IMG/VR virus record: IMGVR_UViG_3300029982_000012
Direction: 5' to 3' (one strand)
DNA from: a virus
Length of the DNA stretch: 64,000 nucleotides
The translations under genes and the position numbers were made by a program. How positions within the stretch are numbered: the stretch's first letter is position 1; every line of letters begins with the position of its first letter. Below are positions 10,207-19,185 of this stretch, piece by piece. The notes under the pieces are model-generated. The model had not been told where the DNA came from. It ran no database searches and saw nothing but the letters and a program-made list of their open reading frames with translations.

Positions 10207-13146
10207 TTAGAATACCCACCATTGTCCACCGGATGAAATTAATGATACGGATTGATATTGAAAACCTACCACGAAAGAACTTATATCGTTGATAGTATCT
10301 ACTCCGCTTCCTACTATTGTTAGGGCATTTGCAGAACTATCTCCTTTTCGGCAATAAAAAATTCGTCCGGTATTTCCTGCAGCGGGAGGTAGAGTAAAAG
10401 TAATTGCTCCAGAAGTACAGTCAGCCGTTAAAAAACAGTCGCTGGTCAGAATGGTATAATTACCAACCTTAGTTGACACTGCAACTGGACCACCGGCAGC
10501 ATTGAAGCCTGCTGGACCTGCGGGACCTGTTGGACCGGCTGGACCTGCGGGACCAACGCCACCGCCTCCACCGCCTCCTCCGCCGCCGCCAAGTCTGAAT
10601 TCTAAACTATCTCCAGCAACTAAGCCGCCTCCTGGCATTGCTAAAATTTCGATTGTGCTACTTGGAGTGTTTGGAGCACCAACTTCTTCGTATGCTCCTG
10701 TTTCGATATCTAAAAATTGTCCATTTAAAAATACTTGGAGCGTTCCTTTTCCTACAGTATACTGTGCAGGAATATTTCCTTCTCTTGAATTATTTGGTAA
10801 GGTAATGATTGAACCATTGGCAACTGGGCCAATAATAGAAGAAGGAGGTGTTGCACCACTTGCAACAACTGAAACTATTTCATCGTATGTTGGAGAATCA
10901 AGAGATGCATATAAATTACCAAACGCTTGGTCGAGTTCTTTGATAGCTAAAGTTAAATTATCGCCATCATGAATTACATAGTTACCAGATCCAGTTCCTA
11001 CTTGTGTTGTAGAAACCGCAAAAGGCGTGCCTACATTACCATTACTCGTTGCATTAGCAGTACCGGCAGAAGTATTAGTTACTGTTACAATTCCAACACC
11101 TGCTACTGCACTAAAATTTCCAGATGCTTCGGTATTTAAGACGGTAGCCAATTTTGAGGCAACTGTGGTTGCACTGTCAGCACTAGAAACATCGACTTCT
11201 AAATAAGAATTAACGCCTGCTACTACTGGCTTGCCACCACCGCTATTGACATTAAACCAGACAGCATACTGCATTGCGTTTGCAGAAGAATTAATAAGAA
11301 AATATTCACCAGTAGTAATTGTAGAGCCTGCACCAACAGTAATGGCCGTAATTTGTGGAATAGAATTTGGATTTACCGAATTAACATACTGAGGTTGAGA
11401 AGATGCGCTTGATGAGGCCCCAATATATTGAAGCAATTCTTTTGAGGTCGTACCGCTAATTTCAACTGATTCTCCATTGTCAAGTTCTTGACCTAAAAAT
11501 CTAACATAGACTCGTGGGCTTCCACCATTGTCCTCGCGTAAAAATAACCAAAACAAATTACCAGAAACCGGTACTGCATTTCGAGCAGCAATATAGATGT
11601 TACGATTGGTAGATGGAGTTGGAGCTGCTGTATAGGTACCAAACGCATATTTTGCTTGTGCGCCACCAATTCCAGTATTGTCGCCAACCACAACATTTGT
11701 TTTTAAGGTCACTGTATACGCATTGTTTACAGTTTCAATCTGGTAATATCCAGCAGATGTATTTGAAGCAACTTTAATGTAGTCGCCAGCTAATAAGCCT
11801 GAAGTCCAAGAAACAGAGCCTACTGAAGTTACGGTAGGGGATCCACCAACAAAAATTAAATTAGGTCCAATCACTACATCCCGTACCAAAGTAATATAGG
11901 CTACTTCATCGTCGGTAAGAGTGATATCTGCAGAAGAAGGATTTGCAGTTAAACTATATGTCAAAGAAGATCCAATTACTCGAATTTCAATGTCTTGATC
12001 CCAGTTAATTTGACCTGGAGTAGTGATAACGCTTGGAGAGTAAAAAGTAAGTGAAGCACCGGTAATTGTAAGCGTGGCTTCTTGGCTCATCGTGATAGTT
12101 GAACCAGAAATATTTATGATAGTGGTATTTTGAGGAATTCCTGTACCAAAAATGTAGTCGCCATTTACAAGACCTACTGTAGACGCCAGGGTCGAAATCG
12201 TGTTGTTACCCGTGGAGATATTCCCTGAAGTCCCAAGGACAGGATCTGAATTTGGCAGGATACCATTTGAAATCTCTCCAGATCCGGTAACAACAGTATT
12301 ACCTAGATCTTGAAAAATACTTTGAAGGGAAGGAGGCGCTCCTCCTCCAGATGGCCCAGAGAACCAATATGGAGTTCCTTTGATCTCCAAAAGGGTAGTC
12401 ATTATGGCATTTTCCCAATCCTTAGCACATGTAAGTTGCTTATCGCCACCACTAAATGGATCTACTGAATTTGAAGTAGTAGTAACTGGAGCCTGATTTC
12501 TACCTGCTGCCCAAGGGTACATATAACTTGGATTTGGATTGAGTCCACCTGTCTCAAGGCTATAAAGCATCCAACGGCAATCAGAGATGGAAGTAACATT
12601 ACCATTTGAGTCGGTAGTTACTATAGCAATAGGGAGCACATTAATCGCCCATACTGAAGTTGTAATGTAAAGTTTGAAAGTTAATGTTTGTGCCGCAGGA
12701 GCGATTGTAGTGATCTCGTTGATTGCAGCAGCACTCCAAATATATTTAGTTTCATCTGTTGACGAATCTGCAAATCTATTGTAATCTATACCTACGTAAT
12801 TAGTGGAATTTGGAGCAAAAGATCCAGATACATTCGTATTCGTAGCAGCGTTCAGTACTTGATTTGGAGTACCTGTAGGAGTTTGAAAAATGGTCCCTGA
12901 GACAGAAGCATTGATGTTTATTACGCTACCCGGATCCACTACTAATTGGAGTCCGTTTGCAGGAGCTCCGATTGCTCCAGAGACTAAGATATTGAATCCA
13001 CGAACGATGTACCCTTGGGTCGTATTCGTCCAAAGAGCGGTTACCATCGTATCAAAATCGTTACGAACCCCAGATTCTATCCGTCTGGCATCGCTAATGT
13101 TATAACGCTGTTCGCTTAATAGATTTGAGGTAGTTAATATGGCCAT
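10207..13146 (-). CDS. tail fibre / baseplate-attached fibre with short collagen-like repeat
   Basis: 979 aa beta-rich; poly-Gly plus (GPA)n; C-terminal ITFTLPPAAG..GRIFY..K.D fibre domain. Confidence 0.75.
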   Translation of the reverse strand: MAILTTSNLLSEQRYNISDARRIESGVRNDFDTMVTALWTNTTQGYIVRGFNILVSGAIGAPANGLQLVVDPGSVININASVSGTIFQTPTGTPNQVLNAATNTNVSGSFAPNSTNYVGIDYNRFADSSTDETKYIWSAAAINEITTIAPAAQTLTFKLYITTSVWAINVLPIAIVTTDSNGNVTSISDCRWMLYSLETGGLNPNPSYMYPWAAGRNQAPVTTTSNSVDPFSGGDKQLTCAKDWENAIMTTLLEIKGTPYWFSGPSGGGAPPSLQSIFQDLGNTVVTGSGEISNGILPNSDPVLGTSGNISTGNNTISTLASTVGLVNGDYIFGTGIPQNTTIINISGSTITMSQEATLTITGASLTFYSPSVITTPGQINWDQDIEIRVIGSSLTYSLTANPSSADITLTDDEVAYITLVRDVVIGPNLIFVGGSPTVTSVGSVSWTSGLLAGDYIKVASNTSAGYYQIETVNNAYTVTLKTNVVVGDNTGIGGAQAKYAFGTYTAAPTPSTNRNIYIAARNAVPVSGNLFWLFLREDNGGSPRVYVRFLGQELDNGESVEISGTTSKELLQYIGASSSASSQPQYVNSVNPNSIPQITAITVGAGSTITTGEYFLINSSANAMQYAVWFNVNSGGGKPVVAGVNSYLEVDVSSADSATTVASKLATVLNTEASGNFSAVAGVGIVTVTNTSAGTANATSNGNVGTPFAVSTTQVGTGSGNYVIHDGDNLTLAIKELDQAFGNLYASLDSPTYDEIVSVVASGATPPSSIIGPVANGSIITLPNNSREGNIPAQYTVGKGTLQVFLNGQFLDIETGAYEEVGAPNTPSSTIEILAMPGGGLVAGDSLEFRLGGGGGGGGGGGVGPAGPAGPTGPAGPAGFNAAGGPVAVSTKVGNYTILTSDCFLTADCTSGAITFTLPPAAGNTGRIFYCRKGDSSANALTIVGSGVDTINDISSFVVGFQYQSVSLISSGGQWWVF

Positions 13147-13233
13147 GTATTAGTCCTTAGATAATAAGATTGTCATTAAGGTTATATCGTATTAACTTGA
13201 ATCTTATAGGTAGAAGTAACCTAGAGGTACCCG

Positions 13234-13629
13234 GTGGGCAAAACTAGAATTGGCCGCAAAGAATACAACACCATACAGGAATTTAAGCATAAAATTCAAG
13301 CACTTAAGCGTGAAAACGACGATTTGCGTAAACGACTGGCGAGAATAAAACTCGATGAATACGGTCAATTAAAGAAAACTATCAAAAAACACTATAAAAA
13401 GGAAGAAACTCAGCAAGGCAATGATATACTTGATAAAGTTAGGCAAGAATGGCGTTGTAAGGAACCAAATTGTGCTGGCTTTTTGGAGATTTTTTTGTAT
13501 AATAAACTGAGCGAGACTTGGTACTTTAGACGCTGTAGTGAAAATATGTGTAAAAATAGAACGAAAGCCAAGAAATACGATCCAAATTCAGTAAAAGGCA
13601 TCATCAAGAAAGAAACAAAAAGTGAGTAA
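13234..13629 (+). CDS. hypothetical protein (coiled coil plus Cys4 zinc ribbon)
   Basis: GAGG RBS; CKEPNC...CSENMC. Confidence 0.6.
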   Translation: MGKTRIGRKEYNTIQEFKHKIQALKRENDDLRKRLARIKLDEYGQLKKTIKKHYKKEETQQGNDILDKVRQEWRCKEPNCAGFLEIFLYNKLSETWYFRRCSENMCKNRTKAKKYDPNSVKGIIKKETKSE

Positions 13630-13819
13630 ATTCAAAGAAGGCGATGTAGTAATGGTAAGCACCTGTCAGGCAGGAACGATTTGTGGCTTTATCAATGGAG
13701 TTATGGTTTTGTTGCAAAATAAAGATATTTGGTACGGAAAAGAATCTGAATGCTGGGAACCGACTAGTCCAGAGGAATTAGCAGCCGCAAAATTAGATTT
13801 CGATCGATTTAAGAAGTAA
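13622..13819 (+). CDS. hypothetical protein
   Basis: Overlaps upstream stop; SH3/KOW-like start FKEGDVV. Confidence 0.55.
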   Translation: MSKFKEGDVVMVSTCQAGTICGFINGVMVLLQNKDIWYGKESECWEPTSPEELAAAKLDFDRFKK

Positions 13820-13894
13820 AATCAACTATTTACATTTTTACTAACGATATTCTGAAATTTTTGAATATAGCGTTGATAAATAGTATATACGTAA

Positions 13895-14647
13895 TTACTC
13901 AGTAATCCAATATTTGGCGTAGGGATTGGTTACTTTAGGTTGATAATAAATTTGACAAACATCAGTCATGCCTAAAGGATAAGCGTTATAAAGCCTTCTA
14001 AGCCATATTTTAGAAGCTAACCAACAAAGAAGACTTGTGGGGGCAGTCGCCTGAATTAAGTGCCAAGCAAGTCTCCTAGCATCGGTATTTCCAACATCGG
14101 TACCCATACAACTTAAGGCTATTACAAATGCAGCGTACCAATAAAATAAATGGGCGCTTAATCTGGCAAGCCAATGTAACGGATTCCATAGACTGGGAAA
14201 GGCTCCAGAAACCATACATGCTACTAATTGAGGCTGTCTGAGTAACCAGGCGTCCCAATTCCCGATATGGCCTGGATTGGTGCTATCCATAAAACCCAAA
14301 TATTTTATCATTGCCAAAAGGAATTTGCGAGGAATTTTAGTATTTCTTAAATTTTTACATCCTGAAAGCACGCCATAATAATCGTCAACCGACTCCAATG
14401 AATCGATCTGAGTGACAGGAACTCTATTTAAAATTCCTTGTGGAAAAATACACTGCTCGATTTTTTGATTATAGTCAATTTTGTCCTGATCGCTTAACAT
14501 GCTATTTTTTGCAAGAATTACGTAGTATTCTGCAGTGAAACAGGTGCCATTATCCGAACCCTTACCTGTTGATGGTTGAGATTGTGGGTTTGGGGCCATT
14601 AAACCGTTTCCATCGATATAAATACAAAAATCAGAACGAAGTGTCAT
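13895..14647 (-). CDS. hypothetical protein (putative late gene)
   Basis: 250-aa ORF preceded by CAATCTTA motif. Confidence 0.65.
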   Translation of the reverse strand: MTLRSDFCIYIDGNGLMAPNPQSQPSTGKGSDNGTCFTAEYYVILAKNSMLSDQDKIDYNQKIEQCIFPQGILNRVPVTQIDSLESVDDYYGVLSGCKNLRNTKIPRKFLLAMIKYLGFMDSTNPGHIGNWDAWLLRQPQLVACMVSGAFPSLWNPLHWLARLSAHLFYWYAAFVIALSCMGTDVGNTDARRLAWHLIQATAPTSLLCWLASKIWLRRLYNAYPLGMTDVCQIYYQPKVTNPYAKYWITE

Positions 14648-14678
14648 ATCTACTTAAGATTGCAGCCCTTTAAAGACC

Positions 14679-14707
14679 TTGTCAAATGCCTATATGTCAG
14701 GTATTAT
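14679..14707 (+). promoter_or_regulatory. sigma70-like promoter
   Basis: TTGTCA-N17-TATTAT upstream of GGAGG RBS and ORF 14726. Confidence 0.6.
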
Positions 14708-14725
14708 ATGTTATGGAGGTATTGA

Positions 14726-15154
14726 ATGAACTATTATTCAATCATTTTTTCTGCAGCAAAGGCTGCTAAGGTATCGGGACTGCTTCTCTACGCAATCTGT
14801 GGATACGAATCAAACGATTTCACCCAAACGTATGTAGCCCAAGATCACGGATCTCCAAGTGTAGGAATCTGTATGGTGAAATTAAATACAGCTCAGATGC
14901 TTGGCTATAAAGGTACATTGGTAGATCTACAAAAACCAGAAGTTAACGCAAAGTATGCTGCTCTTTATTTGAAATACCAACAAGATCGTTATGGATCTGA
15001 TGATTGGTGTAAAATTTCTGCCGCTTATAATTCGGGAAGTTTCCTTGAAAGTAAGAAGGCTCCAGGAAAACCAAAAAATCTAGAGTATGTAAAAAGAGTT
15101 CAGAAAAAACTTGCCGAGGACATAAGAGACAAGTTATCATGTGATAAGGAGTAA
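14726..15154 (+). CDS. lytic transglycosylase (SLT family)
   Basis: ES catalytic motif (GYESND), GICMV, N...AALYL, AAYNSG. Confidence 0.85.
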   Translation: MNYYSIIFSAAKAAKVSGLLLYAICGYESNDFTQTYVAQDHGSPSVGICMVKLNTAQMLGYKGTLVDLQKPEVNAKYAALYLKYQQDRYGSDDWCKISAAYNSGSFLESKKAPGKPKNLEYVKRVQKKLAEDIRDKLSCDKE

Positions 15155-15155
15155 T

Positions 15156-15839
15156 ATGAGATATTTCACTTCAGATCCCCACTACTACCATAAAAATGTC
15201 ATTAGATATTGTAACCGCCCATTCACCAGGAATGTCGATAAATTAACGGAACTAACTGGTGGATTTGCTCCAGCGTTTGAACTTAATTTGGCTATCGAAA
15301 GAGATGTCGTGGAAATGAATGGGGCTCTCATAGCTAATTGGAACTCAATAGTGACTCCAGAAGACGAGGTTGTTGTAGTTGGAGATTTTTCCATGGCTTT
15401 GAGGCCTGTTGAACTATATACGAATCGCCTCAACGGGCGTAAAATTCTCGTTGCTGGAAATCACGATTTTTGTCATCCCGCACATAAAAAATCCAAGAAT
15501 CCAGAAAATCAAAAGAAGTGGACCGACAAATACCTATATTGGGGATGGTCTGAAGTACACCTAAAAATGGAATTAGATCTTCCCGGTATTGGTTTGGTCA
15601 ATGTATCTCATATGCCATATAAAGGTGGAAGCGATTCAGGTGACGAAGAACGTCACGAAAAGCATCGATTGGATGATGACGGAAAAATTCTTATTCATGG
15701 ACATATTCATGAAAAAGGATTGATTACAAGATCCCGTAAAGGAACCTTACAGTTAAATGTAGGCGTAGATGTTTGGGGCATGAAACCAGTTTCTGAAGAA
15801 GAAGTAATTAGGGCTATTTTAAATGCAAAAAGAAATTAA
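15156..15839 (+). CDS. calcineurin-like metallophosphoesterase
   Basis: SDPH, GDF, GNHD, SH.P, HGHIH, NVGVD. Confidence 0.9.
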   Translation: MRYFTSDPHYYHKNVIRYCNRPFTRNVDKLTELTGGFAPAFELNLAIERDVVEMNGALIANWNSIVTPEDEVVVVGDFSMALRPVELYTNRLNGRKILVAGNHDFCHPAHKKSKNPENQKKWTDKYLYWGWSEVHLKMELDLPGIGLVNVSHMPYKGGSDSGDEERHEKHRLDDDGKILIHGHIHEKGLITRSRKGTLQLNVGVDVWGMKPVSEEEVIRAILNAKRN

Positions 15840-16383
15840 GCCAATTGAAATTTTCACTTCTTTGGATTTGGAGATGAACAATAAAGAAGGCAAGAAGATC
15901 ATTCAGATTGGTGCTGTTGTGGGGAATATCACGACAGGCGAAATTTTAGAAACACTATCCATAATTGTAAACCCTAAAGAGCAACTTACCGATTTCATAA
16001 TTGGACTTACTGGAATCACTCAAAATGATGTTGACAATGGCGTAACTTTAGAAGAAGCTTATTTAAAATTAAAAGAAATGCATTTAAGACACAAAAGTTT
16101 TATTAATTGTATCACTTGGGGCGGAGGAGACTCACACGAACTTGCAGAACAACTCCTGAAAGAGAATCCAAATTTTACGGGCTGGTATTTTGGGCGTCGT
16201 TGGATTGATGCAAAAACCTTATTTGTGTCATGGCGTTTTGCAAACGGCCAACCTATTCAGGGTGGTCTTGCCCGAAGTATGACAAAAGTTGGACTAAAAT
16301 TTAAAGGTCGTAAACACAACGCTCTAGATGACGCCACAAATACGTTCCATATGTATAGAGCGATGCTTGGAAAACTTAAATGA
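15823..16383 (+). CDS. DEDDh 3'-5' exonuclease
   Basis: LDLE, IIQIGA, LTGI, WG..D, HNALDDA. Confidence 0.9.
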   Translation: MQKEIKPIEIFTSLDLEMNNKEGKKIIQIGAVVGNITTGEILETLSIIVNPKEQLTDFIIGLTGITQNDVDNGVTLEEAYLKLKEMHLRHKSFINCITWGGGDSHELAEQLLKENPNFTGWYFGRRWIDAKTLFVSWRFANGQPIQGGLARSMTKVGLKFKGRKHNALDDATNTFHMYRAMLGKLK

Positions 16384-16844
16384 GTAAATTGGTTAGACTT
16401 CTAAAGCTTGCCCACTCAATTGAAATTGGTGCGTACCATGCCTATGAGGGTCACTGGCGTAACACCAAAGATCCGACAACACGAAAGAGATTGCAAGAAA
16501 TCCAAGAGGAAGAGAATTTCCATAGGCAGCAAGTACGCTTCATGCTCAGCGAAGTAAAATCTAGTCCCAATTTCTTTCTAGATTTTTCCATGTATTTGGT
16601 GGGGAAATCGGTATCTGTATCTTGCTATGTTATGGGATATAAAGCAGCAATGTGGGGAGCCAAGATCTTTGAAATATTAGGTTCAAACATTTACCGAAAA
16701 TTGTCGAGAGAGGCTTTTAAGGAAGGACACTGTTTTATGTCCAATCTTTTATACAAAATGAATAGGACTGAATTAGAGCACGAAGAGTTCTTCAGAACGT
16801 GTCTTATGAAAGGTCAAGAGGCCAAAAAAGTACTTGACCCATAA
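16380..16844 (+). CDS. ferritin-like di-iron protein (Coq7/demethoxyubiquinone hydroxylase-like)
   Basis: E(IGA)...EENFH...E...ELEH carboxylate/His spacing of a four-helix di-iron bundle. Confidence 0.7.
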   Translation: MSKLVRLLKLAHSIEIGAYHAYEGHWRNTKDPTTRKRLQEIQEEENFHRQQVRFMLSEVKSSPNFFLDFSMYLVGKSVSVSCYVMGYKAAMWGAKIFEILGSNIYRKLSREAFKEGHCFMSNLLYKMNRTELEHEEFFRTCLMKGQEAKKVLDP

Positions 16845-17235
16845 AATCAAAGTTCAATTTATATGTGCTCTTAACTTGGCCAGATTCATTAACCTTAGTA
16901 ATTTTGGCTTTTGGAATACTCCAAATAGTTTCCCCTGTAGAACGATCTTCTAAACGAAGGCTAACATAATTTGATGCCGCAAGATCGGAAAATAAAGGCC
17001 TCAAGTTTTGCCCTTGAACACCACCGGATTGTTTTACCCTTAATCCTCTCACTGAGCCTCTGGTGGCCACTTGACCTCCTCCAGCCAGTTCTTGGGGATA
17101 AGGGGAGTTGATACCATAAATGGCGTATTCTCCAGTATCAAGTTCTAAAGTGACGCTTTGTGCGACTTTATAAATTTGATTATTAACATACAATCTAACC
17201 AAAGCTCCTGATAAAATTATACTTTGTTGTGCCAT
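16804..17235 (-). CDS. tail tube-like protein
   Basis: SGA.V.L.VN...IYGINS..PQEL pattern of myovirus tube/tube-initiator proteins; follows baseplate genes. Confidence 0.65.
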   Translation of the reverse strand: MAQQSIILSGALVRLYVNNQIYKVAQSVTLELDTGEYAIYGINSPYPQELAGGGQVATRGSVRGLRVKQSGGVQGQNLRPLFSDLAASNYVSLRLEDRSTGETIWSIPKAKITKVNESGQVKSTYKLNFDFMGQVLFWPLDLS

Positions 17236-17243
17236 AAAATTCC

Positions 17244-19184
17244 TTAAGGTCCGTACACATACGAAATTTCATTCGCTCCAGGTATGGGACTTTCCCAGCC
17301 GCCCAACCCAATTGAGTTTGGATACAGCACCGTGTATATGACGGTTACACCGGCAGCAACGATAGTATCAATCAAGTTCTGTGCATATACCCGACCACTT
17401 GCTGTATCTGTCAAATATGGCTGATAGGCACTTCCATCTGTAGGAAGTACAATTGGACTTTTGCTCGCAACCAATAAAACAGAAGCGCCTTCAGCATGAG
17501 CCTGTTGAATGAAATATGCTGGACTAATCAACAATGTTCCACTTGAAGGAGCGGCAATATACGGAATTGGTCCTTCTTGATCGCTACATCCATAATTGAT
17601 TATTAAATACCCTGTAGTATTTGGAAAATCGGTAGAATTCGCAACATTAATGATCTGTCCTGTTTCGCCATTTACTGCGGAAGTTAGCGTTGTAGAGGCC
17701 CCACCAATTGTAAAGCCTTGGCTCGTATCATAGATATATGGCCCTAAAGTTGTTGGTTGGGACGGTCCATTATCGGATGCTGTTGAAGCCGTTTCTGATA
17801 TCAAAATAATTGCATTATTTGATATAGAAAGGGTTAAAGTAGGAGCCGCTATAGCGATTGCGGTATAGGCACTTTGGGCTACTGTATTTGCGGTATCTTC
17901 AGGATTTGCACTAACTTCAATTCCGGTAAATCCAGGTATCGCTGGATCAGTATTACTTCCACCAGAAACATTAAACCAAACATAGTATTGGTTAGAATTT
18001 CCCAAATCGCCAATTAAATAGTAACTTCCGGCCCCAATCGTATTAAAATTACTTGCAGCTTCAAAAATCAATTGAGTCTGTGGCATTTCAGAAATACCGT
18101 GTAGGTGGGCAGATCCAATCCTGGTTCTTTGGATTACCTGTGTTGTAGCCGGAACAAATATTTGTAAGATATTGGCTTGAGTCTGATATACGGCAGCATA
18201 ATAAGATTTACTTAAAATAGTTTCCCTGATTGGAACGAAAAATTGAATAGCAGAATCTATTCCTTGAACAATAATTCCAGGACTTCCTGTTGGATTGTTA
18301 ATCTCGAAATATGAAGAATTAATTGCGCCACCTTCGGCAGATACAATAGTATAAGTACCTTCATTATTGGAAGATGTAAATCCACCACCGTAAATATTTA
18401 CATACTGTCCAGGTTCTACATCGCCAACCCCAGGATCTGCGCCGCCAGTCCAAGTAAATCTTAAATTCCCACCGGGCTGTTGGGAAATGGTCCATTGCGT
18501 AGAAAAGTTTCCTGCTGTCGGAACAGTTGCTGGGAAAAGGAGTACGTTTTGTGCTCGACCTCCATAAACCGTAATGGAAGAGGAAGCCCCAATTGTATCA
18601 CTAAGCAACTGAACATAATTACCATTACCATCGTTATTTAAAATTGCGCTACCGGAAACACCTAAATTGCTTAGCCCAATTGAAATTGCATTAGCTACTT
18701 CTTGTGCGGTTGCCGCTGCTATATTTGTAAATTGACTAGTAGAAAAAGTAACCGTATAAGTTCCAGTACCATCAAAATTGATCATTAAGGTATCGCCATC
18801 TTGAAGGGCATACGGCTCAAAATTCTGAGAATTACTAGTTGTTTTTACGAATTGATCACCAAAAACGGCGTCTAAGATTTTGTTGATTAAATCGCGTACC
18901 TGTTTTCTGTTTTTGACTTGAATTCCAATTGTTCGAAAGATATCATCGCTAAGACCAATAGTTGGGTCTCTCACGATACCGTAGTTGGATAAAACTAGAT
19001 CTAAATAGTTGCCTTGGGCAGTTGCTACGTAAAGACTGTCATTTACTGCCTGAACGTTGTTTACTAAATAGGCAGAATTCGTAGCCAAAGCATTTAATAC
19101 GGCATCGACTTTTGGACCCTTCATAAAAGGATTCAAGTAAGAACGCAGTCTTTTGTATTCTTGTGCTTGTGTTGTTACTGCCAT
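17244..19184 (-). CDS. baseplate wedge subunit
   Basis: TAQG.YLD....YG..R...LSDD.FR motif, C-terminal AAGV; directly follows J-like gene. Confidence 0.7.
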   Translation of the reverse strand: MAVTTQAQEYKRLRSYLNPFMKGPKVDAVLNALATNSAYLVNNVQAVNDSLYVATAQGNYLDLVLSNYGIVRDPTIGLSDDIFRTIGIQVKNRKQVRDLINKILDAVFGDQFVKTTSNSQNFEPYALQDGDTLMINFDGTGTYTVTFSTSQFTNIAAATAQEVANAISIGLSNLGVSGSAILNNDGNGNYVQLLSDTIGASSSITVYGGRAQNVLLFPATVPTAGNFSTQWTISQQPGGNLRFTWTGGADPGVGDVEPGQYVNIYGGGFTSSNNEGTYTIVSAEGGAINSSYFEINNPTGSPGIIVQGIDSAIQFFVPIRETILSKSYYAAVYQTQANILQIFVPATTQVIQRTRIGSAHLHGISEMPQTQLIFEAASNFNTIGAGSYYLIGDLGNSNQYYVWFNVSGGSNTDPAIPGFTGIEVSANPEDTANTVAQSAYTAIAIAAPTLTLSISNNAIILISETASTASDNGPSQPTTLGPYIYDTSQGFTIGGASTTLTSAVNGETGQIINVANSTDFPNTTGYLIINYGCSDQEGPIPYIAAPSSGTLLISPAYFIQQAHAEGASVLLVASKSPIVLPTDGSAYQPYLTDTASGRVYAQNLIDTIVAAGVTVIYTVLYPNSIGLGGWESPIPGANEISYVYGP

Positions 19185-19185
19185 A

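Noticed and set aside
87-12000. Many plus-strand ORFs (Pro/Val/Ala-rich) across the fibre genes
   Set aside because: Antisense shadows of Gly/Thr/Ser-rich minus-strand genes; no RBS or motifs.
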